Positions 28,015 through 36,607 of a DNA stretch of 51,956 nucleotides are shown in pieces. Origin of the DNA: Thermoplasmata archaeon (lineage in GTDB: Archaea > Thermoplasmatota > Thermoplasmata > Lutacidiplasmatales > UBA184). The position numbers and the translations under genes were made by a program. The notes under the pieces were generated by a model. The model ran no database searches. It worked only from the letters and a program-made list of their open reading frames with translations, and was not told where the DNA came from. Within the stretch, counting starts at the first letter, position 1, and each line of letters starts with the position of its first letter. Location of the stretch: assembly GCA_028864975.1 (NCBI GenBank), contig JAGWLG010000026.1:1-51956 (forward strand), in the 5' to 3' direction.

Positions 28015-28869
28015 CTAGGGGTAGGAAGCGGGCGACGTGCGTGGGCTTCGGCGCGCGACGATGAACCGGGAGGGGAAGCCTCCCATGCGCGAGAGGGCGT
28101 GCGAGAGCCCTACGAACATCCCGGTAGGCAGCTTCCGCAGGAACCGGTAGTCCTCGAGACCCGTAGGCCCCTCTTCTCGCAGGTCGAATCCCGAGGAGCC
28201 AAGCACCTCCCCGAATCGCGCTCGGGTAGGTGCCCAGGCGGGGTAGATGCTGGGATGGACCTCCGAGACCGGGGCCCTCGAGAACGTGCGAGGACGGACC
28301 TTCTCTCCAGGTCCCCTGGAGAGCGCCATCTTCAGGTCGTCAACGAGGCTCTGCAGCGTGGGTTTCGGCTCGTAGGAAAGGACGAGGAGCCCGTCGGGAA
28401 CCAGCACCCTCGCGATCTCGCGCAGGGCAGAGGCGGGGTCGCGCAGGAAGCCGTAGACTCGGACCATCGAAACGGTCGAGAAGGTGCGGTCGCCGAAGGG
28501 GAGGCGAAGCACGTCACCGGCGACCCTTGCCACCGGGTCCGAGATGCTGCGAGGAAGGGCGCGAAGGAAGCCTGGGGTCAGGTCGAGGACCACGACGCTC
28601 GGGCTCCCGGCGATCAGGACGGGCGTGAGGCGTCCTCCTCCCGGGCCGATCTCCAGCCATCGCCCCGACGGCGCTTGCCGAAGTGCTTGCCGGAGGACCT
28701 CGCGTTCGACCTGAGTGACCTTCTCTCGACCAGCCCACAGGCGCTCGAGATCGAGCGCCCCAAAGTCCCTGGATGTCCGCGGAGCCGCCTGGCCACGGGG
28801 GGGCTCAGGTCCCCGGCGGAGCCCCCGGGGGTGGGTGGGGCCTTCCTGGGTCTCCCTGGTCCTCCCCAT
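28015..28869 (-). CDS. Class I SAM-dependent methyltransferase
   Basis: WLEIGPGGGRL, VVLDLT, GDVLRLPFGDRTF and EIARVLVPDG motifs. Start moved from 29217 to ATG 28869 because the longer ORF overlaps the opposite gene. Confidence 0.85.
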   Translation of the reverse strand: MGRTRETQEGPTHPRGLRRGPEPPRGQAAPRTSRDFGALDLERLWAGREKVTQVEREVLRQALRQAPSGRWLEIGPGGGRLTPVLIAGSPSVVVLDLTPGFLRALPRSISDPVARVAGDVLRLPFGDRTFSTVSMVRVYGFLRDPASALREIARVLVPDGLLVLSYEPKPTLQSLVDDLKMALSRGPGEKVRPRTFSRAPVSEVHPSIYPAWAPTRARFGEVLGSSGFDLREEGPTGLEDYRFLRKLPTGMFVGLSHALSRMGGFPSRFIVARRSPRTSPASYP

Positions 28870-28968
28870 CCTTCCTGCGCTCTCGTTCCGCGAATCCCTC
28901 ACCAACGGGCTAGAGGACGGACACCGATAGTCGATATGCGCACCTGCGCTTGAGCCCTGGGGTCGGAG

Positions 28969-30168
28969 ATGGAGGTCCCTCAGCGGGTCGCTTTGGCGGT
29001 GCTCGCCTCGGCCCTCCTGGTCGGTGCCGGGGCCGGCCTGGGGTGGTTCATCTCCACGCGCAGCCCGCAAGGCGGGGCATGCGCCACGACGAGCGTGGGG
29101 CCCCTCACCGTGGAGAACGAGACTTCTGTGCTCGGGAGCTCGCTCGCCACGGGGTCGGTCCAGGCCTTTGGCGCGAACCGGACCTCGGTCATCTTCGGAG
29201 GGGTCTCCTACTACCATCGCAACGGAGAGCCTTTCGACAGCCTTCCCGCGGCGGAGGAGGTTTCCCCAGGCCCCTCCTCCATCGGGCCCTCCTCCGTCGA
29301 CCTGACCGCTCGTCTGTCACCCTACTTCTTCGAGGGAGGGATCTTCCCGGTCGTGTGGAACGGAGAGGAGTGGCTGATCGCCGGCCAGACTACCGTCGAC
29401 AACGAGTCCGAGGGGGCGGCCGTGCTGCTCCAAGGAGATGCCATCACGAACCTCACGGGCCTGGTCGGCCCCATCTTCGAGGGGTTCGGGATCTGGATCG
29501 CGGGATGGGACGGCAGCGGGTGGTTGCTGGGGGGGAACAGCTCGCACGGCGCCGCCCTTGCCTATCTCGCTAACGGCCGGGTGGTGAACTTGACCGGGAT
29601 CCTTCCGAACAACGTCCCCGGCGACTGGGTCCAGATGATCGCCTGGAACGGGACCGGTTGGCTGGTCGGGGGACGAGGTGTCTTCGGCGCGCTCTACCAG
29701 GGCCGCTATACGGACCTCCTTCCGGGCAGTCCCTTCGGTCCGGGGGGGGTCTACGCCTTCGACTGGGACGGCCACGAGTGGCTGGCGTCGGGATCCCCCA
29801 CCGCGGTGGTCCAGGTACAGGGCAGCTCCCTCCTTCCCGGCCCGGTTCTGCCCCCCGCTTTCCGTGGGTGGGTGAACACCCTGGTCCACGCGTCGGGGCT
29901 CTGGATCGCGGCCGGGGGCAGCTACGCGGCCGGGGGCGGCTATGCCCCTCAGCTCGAGCTACTTGGAGGAGTCCAGCCGGGCTCCAGCGTCGTTGACCTC
30001 TCGCGGTGCCTTCCGGGGGTCTTCTCGGGGGGCTGGGTCCAGTTCGGGGGCGCGGCCCCGGTCCTCTCCTCCCATAGCTACCTCCTCGTGGGGGAGGGGG
30101 GCGCCGTGCCGGGGTCCTTCTCCAGCCATGCGGCGGCCGCCCGGCTCGACCTGCCGGCGGCGGGGTGA
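28969..30168 (+). CDS. Exported protein with W-(N/D)-G-x2-W repeats (putative beta-propeller)
   Basis: N-terminal TM/signal; repeats WNGEEWLIAG, WDGSGWLLGG, WNGTGWLVGG and WDGHEWLASG. Confidence 0.75.
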   Translation: MEVPQRVALAVLASALLVGAGAGLGWFISTRSPQGGACATTSVGPLTVENETSVLGSSLATGSVQAFGANRTSVIFGGVSYYHRNGEPFDSLPAAEEVSPGPSSIGPSSVDLTARLSPYFFEGGIFPVVWNGEEWLIAGQTTVDNESEGAAVLLQGDAITNLTGLVGPIFEGFGIWIAGWDGSGWLLGGNSSHGAALAYLANGRVVNLTGILPNNVPGDWVQMIAWNGTGWLVGGRGVFGALYQGRYTDLLPGSPFGPGGVYAFDWDGHEWLASGSPTAVVQVQGSSLLPGPVLPPAFRGWVNTLVHASGLWIAAGGSYAAGGGYAPQLELLGGVQPGSSVVDLSRCLPGVFSGGWVQFGGAAPVLSSHSYLLVGEGGAVPGSFSSHAAAARLDLPAAG

Positions 30169-30252
30169 CCGAGGTTCGGTGCCCGCCCGCGAGCGACGAG
30201 GCTCAAGAGTCCTCGGCCCGTTCCAAGTGACGTCCGAGCGACACGGGACCCC

Positions 30253-30498
30253 ATGAAGCTCTACTCGGAACGGCTCTTCCTCAAGTGGCTGCTCTCCAAC
30301 CACGGGGTCTGCTTCGGCGTGGACATGAAGGAGCGTTCCTACCTCCTCCTCCTGAGCCGGCGAGGGCTCATCTTCCAGCGACGCCCCGTCGGCGACAAGG
30401 TCGTCGAGAACCTCGATTACGAGATCCCCGACATCGTTCGGGCCTTGCATCGAGAAGCCCAGGTCCGTGAGGAGAGGTCGATGGGGGTCGTCCCGTGA
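30253..30498 (+). CDS. Small hypothetical protein (81 aa)
   Basis: GC3-rich codons and a globular composition; stop overlaps the GTG start of the next gene (GTGA). Confidence 0.7.
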   Translation: MKLYSERLFLKWLLSNHGVCFGVDMKERSYLLLLSRRGLIFQRRPVGDKVVENLDYEIPDIVRALHREAQVREERSMGVVP

Positions 30499-31664
30499 GC
30501 GCGACGGCCCGGGAGACGCTCGAGCTCGTGCGCCCCCAGGGTCCGGTCCCTCTAGGGTTCGCGAGACGGGGAACTTCCGTCTTCTTGGTCGCCAGGGAGC
30601 GAAGCGCCAGATGGCCTGTCGAGCTGCTGCGAGCAGGCCGGGCCACCCTGCGTCTCGCGTCGGAGAACCTCGAGGGGCAGGTCCAGCTCGTGGTGGGCCG
30701 TTCCGAACAGGAAGACGTGTTGGAGCTCTTCCGCGACAAGTACGGGAGCGAGCGCTACCGGCGCTGGTACGAACATCCCGCGAGGGTGCTCGAGGTCCAG
30801 CTCGGGCCCCCGGCCGCCCCTGTTCCAGAGGAGCATCGCTACTACGGCTGGTTGCAGAGCGAGTTCGACAACGTGGCGGAGGACTACGACCGCCATATCA
30901 CCGGGAACCGGATGAACCGGCTGCTCCGCGACCGATCGCTGGGGCGCATGCGGACGCTCTTCCGCGGCGCGAGGTGTCTTCTCGAGATCGGTTGCGGCAG
31001 CGGGATGGAAACGCTCCCGCTCCTCCAGGAAGGGCATGAGATCACGGCCATCGACATCTCCGAGCAGATGCTGGAGGTGGTCCGTCGGAAGGCTCGCACC
31101 GCGGGGGTCGCAGAGCGACTCCGGACGGTCCGAGCGCCGGCACGCGACCTCCCGACCCTCGTGCCGTCGCTGGGGGAAGGAAGCTTCGACGGAGCCTACT
31201 CGACGTACGGGGCTCTCAACTGCGAACCCGACCTTCGCCCGCTCCCCTCGGCGTTCCACCGCTTGCTGCGGCCCGAGTCCCGCCTTTTCGCCGGGGTCTA
31301 CAACCGTTGGTGCCTCTTCGAGATCCTCGGGTACGGGATCACCGGGCAGTGGAGCCGTGCGCTCGGTCGACGACACCGTCCTGTGCCGGTGGGGACCTCT
31401 CGCTTCTGCGTCGATGTCTACGCTCTGACCCCTGCCGACCTGCGCCGCGACTTCGCTCCCTACTTCGAGATGGAGGCCCTCGAAGGGGTGCCGATCCTCC
31501 TCCCTCCCTCCGATCTCACCTCCTATGCGGAGCGCTTCACCTCCCATTTCGGCCTTCTGGATGCGTGGGACCGCCGAATGGGCGCGCACTGGCCGTTGGA
31601 CCACCTTGGCGACCACTTCCTGATGACCTTGCGCCGTCGAGCGGTGCGGGACGCGGGGACGTGA
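30495..31664 (+). CDS. SAM-dependent methyltransferase with an N-terminal split-barrel (PPOX/DDN-like) domain
   Basis: C-terminal LLEIGCGSG, AIDISEQML, FDGAYSTYGALNC; N-terminal VPLGFARRGTSVFLVA..RW..LFRDKYG resembles FMN/F420 split-barrel proteins (weaker call). Confidence 0.8.
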   Translation: MSATARETLELVRPQGPVPLGFARRGTSVFLVARERSARWPVELLRAGRATLRLASENLEGQVQLVVGRSEQEDVLELFRDKYGSERYRRWYEHPARVLEVQLGPPAAPVPEEHRYYGWLQSEFDNVAEDYDRHITGNRMNRLLRDRSLGRMRTLFRGARCLLEIGCGSGMETLPLLQEGHEITAIDISEQMLEVVRRKARTAGVAERLRTVRAPARDLPTLVPSLGEGSFDGAYSTYGALNCEPDLRPLPSAFHRLLRPESRLFAGVYNRWCLFEILGYGITGQWSRALGRRHRPVPVGTSRFCVDVYALTPADLRRDFAPYFEMEALEGVPILLPPSDLTSYAERFTSHFGLLDAWDRRMGAHWPLDHLGDHFLMTLRRRAVRDAGT

Positions 31665-31794
31665 GCTCCACGGCGGTCCCGAAGCGTCCGTCCGCGCGCC
31701 GGGCTCATTCAAATAGCCCTGTGATGGATGTACATCTGGTCGTGCGCTTGCCTACCGGACCGTCAGGTCCCTGCCGGAGGGACGGGATCTCGCG

Positions 31795-34128
31795 GTGGAG
31801 AGGCCCTGGGCTCTGGAGTTGAAGGTGGAGGAGCTTAGGTCCGCCCCGGCCGAGGAGGAGCGCCCTCCGATCGGAGCCTCTCCCGAGGAATCCAGCGCCA
31901 TCCCCCGTCCCGCGGACTGGCCCCTGGAAGGGCTCGACCTCGCCGTCCACGACCTGCCCCACGCCTCCTCGATCATCGAGTGGTGGTACTTCAACACCCA
32001 TCTTCGGACCGAGGACGGGCGCCCGTTCGGGGTCTTCGCCTCCTTCTTTCGATTGGTTCCCAAGGTCGACGAGCGCACGCAGCAGCCGATCCACGCCCAC
32101 GCCCTGACCTGGGCTGTGAGCGACCCGACCACGAAACGCTACCTTTCCGACGGGCGTGTCGAGTCCGCGTTCCGAGCGTGGGGCCTGGAGCGTCTGCGCA
32201 AGGGGGAGGGGACCCCCGACCCTAGGCTCCGTCGGTCGATGGAGGAGATCCTCCAGCGTGGCAACATCCCCCTTCCCGACCGGGCCTTTGGCGGGAAGGT
32301 CGAGGTCGCAAAGGACCGTCTCGCCCTGGACTTCTCAGGCTCGACGCTCTCGAAAGGGGAGGACGGATCGTACCACCTCCACCTCTTCGGGGAGAAGGCG
32401 ACCGGAGACCTCACCTTCCGCCCGAAGAAGCCCCCCATCCGCCACGGACGCGATGGCGTCTTCTATGGCCCGCTCGGGGACGACATGTTCTACTACTTCA
32501 TCCCACGGAACGAGGTCGAAGGAGAGGTCACGCTGGAGGGGAAGACCGTCAAGGTCTCGGGGGAGGGCTGGTACGACCACGAGTTCGGAGGGCACCGCTC
32601 CGACCCTCGGCGCTATCGCCCGGCGAAACGCGACACGGCTTGGAACTGGTTCTCCGTTCAGCTCACCGACGGCCGCGAAGTGACTGCGTTCATCTTGGAG
32701 GAGCTCTCGACGCGGCGGGTCCTCGACAGCATCGGGATCCTGGTCGAGAAGGACGGGTCCTCCACGCGGACCCCCGAGGTCTCCGAGGGGGTCACCCGCT
32801 GGTGGCAGAGCGTCCGGACCTTCGAGCGCTATCCTGCCGAGGGGTTCCTCAAGATCCCGAAGCTCGGGGTCGACCTGGAGCTATGGTCAACCTTCGAGGA
32901 CCAGGAGTTCGTGACCCTGATCTCCAAGCCGTCGTTCTGGGAGGGCCAGGCGACGGTCCGCGGTCGGATCGGCGACACCCCCGTCCAGGGGATGGCCTAC
33001 TTCGAGCACAGCGGGTATTCGACGACGGAGACCCTCCCGGACTTCTTCAACGCGGTGGGGAGGATCGTACGGCGCTCGGTCTTCGACCTCCTCCCCGAGC
33101 GGCCCACGCCCCAGCAGGCGCTCGAGCTCTTCGCGAGCCGGGAGCACCCGTGGATGCTGGACGGACTCGAACCGGACCGGCTCTCGCGCAACGTCTTCGA
33201 CCCGGTCCGCGAGATCTCGAAGCGGGGAGGAAAGGCCTGGCGCTCCTACGCGGCGCTGGCTTGCTGCGATGTCGTGGGGGGCGACTCCCGCCGGGCGACG
33301 CGGTGGTTGGGCCTGCTCGAGATCCTCCACACCGCTTCGCTCATCGTCGATGACGTGGAGGACCGCTCGGAGGTCCGACGGGGCGGGCCCGCGGCCCACG
33401 CCATGTTCGGCACGGCGCTCGCCATCAACTCCTCCAACGCGGCCTACTTCATGGGACAGGGGCTCGGGACCGACGACGAACGGCGGGAGTTCACGCCAGA
33501 AGAGAAACTTCGCGTCTACGACCTCTACTTCGAGGGGATGCGCGCCGCCCACGCGGGGCAGGCGCTCGACATCGCCGGCTGCGATGACCTCGTGGACGAG
33601 ACCGTCCGAAGCGGGGACTCTCGGAGGCTCGAGGCTCATATTCTCGGGGTCCACCGGTTGAAGACCGGGGCTCCGGTAGCGGGGCTCGCCCGCATGGGGG
33701 TCATCGCGGGGAAGGGAACGAAGCCGCAGGAGGACGGGCTCGGCCACTTCTTCGAGAGCTTGGGGATCGCCTTCCAGATCGTGGACGACGTGCTCAACCT
33801 GCGGGGCTTCGAGGGGAAGCTCAAGAATCTGGGCGAGGACCTCTCCGAAGGCAAGGCGACGCTCCCGGTCGCGAAGGCCTTGGGCCGGCTCGATGCGGAA
33901 TCCCGAACCTCCTTCGTCCAGCTACTGCGAGAGCACACGAAGGACCCACGGGTGCTCCGGGGGATGGTCGACACGCTCGAGAGGGTACATGCGCTCGACG
34001 ATTGCCTCACGCAGGCGCGCTCGCTCATCGAGGACAGCTGGGCCGCGGTCCAGCCGGTCCTCCCCGACAGCCTCCCCAAGATGATGCTGAGGGCTTTCGG
34101 CTGGTACGTGATCGAACGGCAGTACTAG
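31795..34128 (+). CDS. Fusion of a CrtC/AttH-like lipocalin double-barrel domain and a trans-isoprenyl diphosphate synthase
   Basis: N-terminal PH..EWWYFN, GWYDHEFG, WNWFSVQL, FWEG; C-terminal HTASLIVDDVEDRSEVRRG, KTG, FQIVDDVLN and GEDLSEGKATL, in one uninterrupted 777-aa ORF. Confidence 0.88.
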   Translation: MERPWALELKVEELRSAPAEEERPPIGASPEESSAIPRPADWPLEGLDLAVHDLPHASSIIEWWYFNTHLRTEDGRPFGVFASFFRLVPKVDERTQQPIHAHALTWAVSDPTTKRYLSDGRVESAFRAWGLERLRKGEGTPDPRLRRSMEEILQRGNIPLPDRAFGGKVEVAKDRLALDFSGSTLSKGEDGSYHLHLFGEKATGDLTFRPKKPPIRHGRDGVFYGPLGDDMFYYFIPRNEVEGEVTLEGKTVKVSGEGWYDHEFGGHRSDPRRYRPAKRDTAWNWFSVQLTDGREVTAFILEELSTRRVLDSIGILVEKDGSSTRTPEVSEGVTRWWQSVRTFERYPAEGFLKIPKLGVDLELWSTFEDQEFVTLISKPSFWEGQATVRGRIGDTPVQGMAYFEHSGYSTTETLPDFFNAVGRIVRRSVFDLLPERPTPQQALELFASREHPWMLDGLEPDRLSRNVFDPVREISKRGGKAWRSYAALACCDVVGGDSRRATRWLGLLEILHTASLIVDDVEDRSEVRRGGPAAHAMFGTALAINSSNAAYFMGQGLGTDDERREFTPEEKLRVYDLYFEGMRAAHAGQALDIAGCDDLVDETVRSGDSRRLEAHILGVHRLKTGAPVAGLARMGVIAGKGTKPQEDGLGHFFESLGIAFQIVDDVLNLRGFEGKLKNLGEDLSEGKATLPVAKALGRLDAESRTSFVQLLREHTKDPRVLRGMVDTLERVHALDDCLTQARSLIEDSWAAVQPVLPDSLPKMMLRAFGWYVIERQY

Positions 34129-34497
34129 GCGAGGGCTTGGGTACGCCGAGTTGCTTGCGAACCCAAGAGGTGGTCGACAAGGTGAACAGGCCAGATGCCG
34201 TGCGTGAAAGTTCAGGGTTCTGGCCCGGCCCATGGCGGCCGGAAACCGCCAGACCCTGTTCGAGCGACGCTCGGGGCAGGGATGGTAACTGTGTCAACAC
34301 GCTCAGGACGCCTGGCAGCCTCTGGCCGCCATAGCCGATGGGTGTCACCTTTTCAAGTCGAAGCGCAATGGGCACCCCCGGGTGGCGGCAGCGTGGCCGG
34401 TTCATCGTCGACGCCGGAGACCTCGATGGGCCTGTCCCTATCGGCGGGGACGCTCGGGCGGGGGGCGGCCGCGCGCTCGGAACGGGTACGGGTCCCG

Positions 34498-35700
34498 ATG
34501 ACCCTACTCCAGCTCGGTCAGTCCCTGTCCACGCGCTCGATGGAGGAGCTCGAGCAGACCTACCGCAAGCTGACCCCGCCCCGCCTGCGCTCTATCTTCT
34601 CCGCCCACCCTGAGGTCGCCGAGCTCTCTTGCCTGCGAAGCTGCCATCGGGTGGAGGTCTACGCCGTGATCCGTGATGGTTCGGCGGGAGAGAGGCTCCG
34701 CCGGTCCCTCCCAGGGCCGCTCGGACGCTGGGAGCTTCGAAAGGGGAGCGACGCGGCCCACCACCTGTTCCGGGTCGCCGCCGGGCTCGAATCCATGGCC
34801 GTGGGGGAGCACGAAGTGCGACACCAGGTGGCGGAGGCCGCCCGGACGACGTTGAGCCGGCATGGGAGACCCCTCCTCAGGTCCATGATGGATGCGTCCG
34901 TCCGCTCCGCGGGGACCAGCGCGACCCCCGGGGACAGGGATCCTCCCTCCATCGCGGCCCTGGTGGTCCGCAAGCTCCTCGATCGGGCGCCCCAGCCCTC
35001 GACGAGGGTGCTCGTGCTGGGAACCGGCACCGTGGGGCGCAAGGTGGCCGACCTGTTGCGGGGCAAGGCCCACGTGACGCTCGCCTACCATCGCCGGGCC
35101 CCGGATCCTGCGGTCCTCGAGCACTTGGGTTGCCTCGCCGTGCGCTTCGCCGACGTGCCAAAGGAGCTTCGCCACACCGAGGTGCTCATCGCGGCGGCGA
35201 AGGGCGGTGAATACGCCATCCGGACGAGCGATCTTCCTCGGGCGCCCCGCGGCCCGCTTCGGCTCATCTTCGACCTTGGCCTTCCCCGCAACGTCGACCC
35301 GAGCCTGGCCAACGACCCCCGTGTAGAGCTCTTCGACCTCGCGGGGCTGCGTTCCGAAGCCCCGACCCCTCCCGGTCCGACCCCAGCGGACCGGGCCGCT
35401 CGGGTGGCCTCGGACCTGGCCTTCCGCCTCTATTTGTCGGGGGCCTGGGAGCCCGTGCTCTCCGAACTCTGGAGGAAGGCCGAACGGATCCGCCAGGAGG
35501 AGCTTGAGGGGGCGCTGCTCCACGCCCCCGAGCTGAGCTCCCAGGAGCGCGAGGTCCTCTCCAAGCTCACCGAGCGTCTGGTCCGACGTCTTCTCTCGGG
35601 TCCGACGGCACGTCTGCGGACGCTCACCGAGGGCGACCTCAAGCCCGAGGTGGTCGCGGCGGTCCTGGCGCTCTTCGACGAAGCGGACGTAGCGCCGTGA
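34498..35700 (+). CDS. hemA: Glutamyl-tRNA reductase (divergent)
   Basis: SCHRVEVY (cf. TCNRxE), HHLFRVAAGLESMAVGE, LGTGTVG and DLGLPRNVDP motifs; first gene of the hem run. Start moved to ATG 34498. Confidence 0.88.
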   Translation: MTLLQLGQSLSTRSMEELEQTYRKLTPPRLRSIFSAHPEVAELSCLRSCHRVEVYAVIRDGSAGERLRRSLPGPLGRWELRKGSDAAHHLFRVAAGLESMAVGEHEVRHQVAEAARTTLSRHGRPLLRSMMDASVRSAGTSATPGDRDPPSIAALVVRKLLDRAPQPSTRVLVLGTGTVGRKVADLLRGKAHVTLAYHRRAPDPAVLEHLGCLAVRFADVPKELRHTEVLIAAAKGGEYAIRTSDLPRAPRGPLRLIFDLGLPRNVDPSLANDPRVELFDLAGLRSEAPTPPGPTPADRAARVASDLAFRLYLSGAWEPVLSELWRKAERIRQEELEGALLHAPELSSQEREVLSKLTERLVRRLLSGPTARLRTLTEGDLKPEVVAAVLALFDEADVAP

Positions 35701-36602
35701 CCCGAACGCTCCGGGTAGGGAGCCGTCAGAGCCCGCTCGCGCTCCGGCAGACCGAGCTCGTCCTCGCCCCCCTGCGTCGGCGGAACCTCGGGGTGACCTT
35801 CGAGGTCGTCCCGATCGTCACGGCCGGCGACCAGGGTCCGTCCCGCGGAGGGAGATGGGACTTCACGGACCGCCTCGACGCGTCGCTCGAGCGCGGCGAG
35901 ATCGACCTCGCGGTCCACAGCGCGAAGGACCTTCCCAGCCGACCCGAGCGGTCGGTCGAGATCGTCGCGGTCCCGCGCCGGTCGGACCCGCGCGACGCCC
36001 TCGTCGCGCGCCCCGGGTCCTCCCTCCAGAGACTGCCGTCCGGGGCGCGTCTGGGCTCCAGCAGCTGCCGACGGCGCGCCCAGCTCTTGCGGTCGCGCCC
36101 CGACCTTCGAGTGGTGGAGATCCATGGCAACGTTGGTACCCGTCTGGAGAAGCTCCGTACCTGGGACCTGGACGGGGTCGTGCTCGCGGTGGCCGGGCTC
36201 GAGCGGCTGGGTCTCGCCGACTGCATCTCTCAGCGACTTCCCCTCTCCAGCTTCCTGCCTCCGCCCGGGCAGGGCGCCCTCGCGGTCGAGGCCCGTCCGT
36301 CGGACCGAGAGCTCCACCGGCTGCTCTGCGCGATCGACCACGTGCCCTCGCGCCGCTGTGCCCAAGCCGAGCGCGCGTTCGCCGCCGAGCTCGGGGCGGA
36401 CTGCGACACGCCGTTGGGCGCGCTCGCGCGCGTGAAGGACGGGACCCTCACGCTACGAGGAGAGGTGATCGCCGCTGATGGACAGCGGACCGTCCGCGGT
36501 CTCCGCAAAGGCCGTCCCGAGCGGGCGGGGTCCGTGGGCCGTGCCCTCGCGCGGGAGCTGCTGGAGAAGGGCGCTGACGCCCTCCTTTCGGCGGGGGCCT
36601 GA
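35697..36602 (+). CDS. hemC: Hydroxymethylbilane synthase (porphobilinogen deaminase)
   Basis: GSRQSPLALRQ, IDLAVHSAKDLP, RSDPRDALV, GSSSCRRRAQL, PPPGQGAL and cofactor Cys in GADCDTP. Confidence 0.96.
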   Translation: MTRTLRVGSRQSPLALRQTELVLAPLRRRNLGVTFEVVPIVTAGDQGPSRGGRWDFTDRLDASLERGEIDLAVHSAKDLPSRPERSVEIVAVPRRSDPRDALVARPGSSLQRLPSGARLGSSSCRRRAQLLRSRPDLRVVEIHGNVGTRLEKLRTWDLDGVVLAVAGLERLGLADCISQRLPLSSFLPPPGQGALAVEARPSDRELHRLLCAIDHVPSRRCAQAERAFAAELGADCDTPLGALARVKDGTLTLRGEVIAADGQRTVRGLRKGRPERAGSVGRALARELLEKGADALLSAGA

Positions 36603-36607
36603 GGGCG

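Noticed and set aside
28870-29217. N-terminal extension of the 400-aa methyltransferase ORF
   Set aside because: Overlaps the opposite-strand exported protein and its upstream region; shadow sequence.
34275-34345. Resemblance to a cobalamin riboswitch (AACTGT..CAGGACGCCTGGC) and to a 5S rRNA start (GGCCGCCATAGC)
   Set aside because: The conserved AGGGAA/CCCG core and the rest of the 5S sequence are absent; not annotated as either without an Rfam scan.
34025-34405. 126-aa minus-strand ORF in the hemA upstream gap
   Set aside because: Ser/Arg/Pro-rich, low GC3, overlaps the prenyltransferase end and has no motif.
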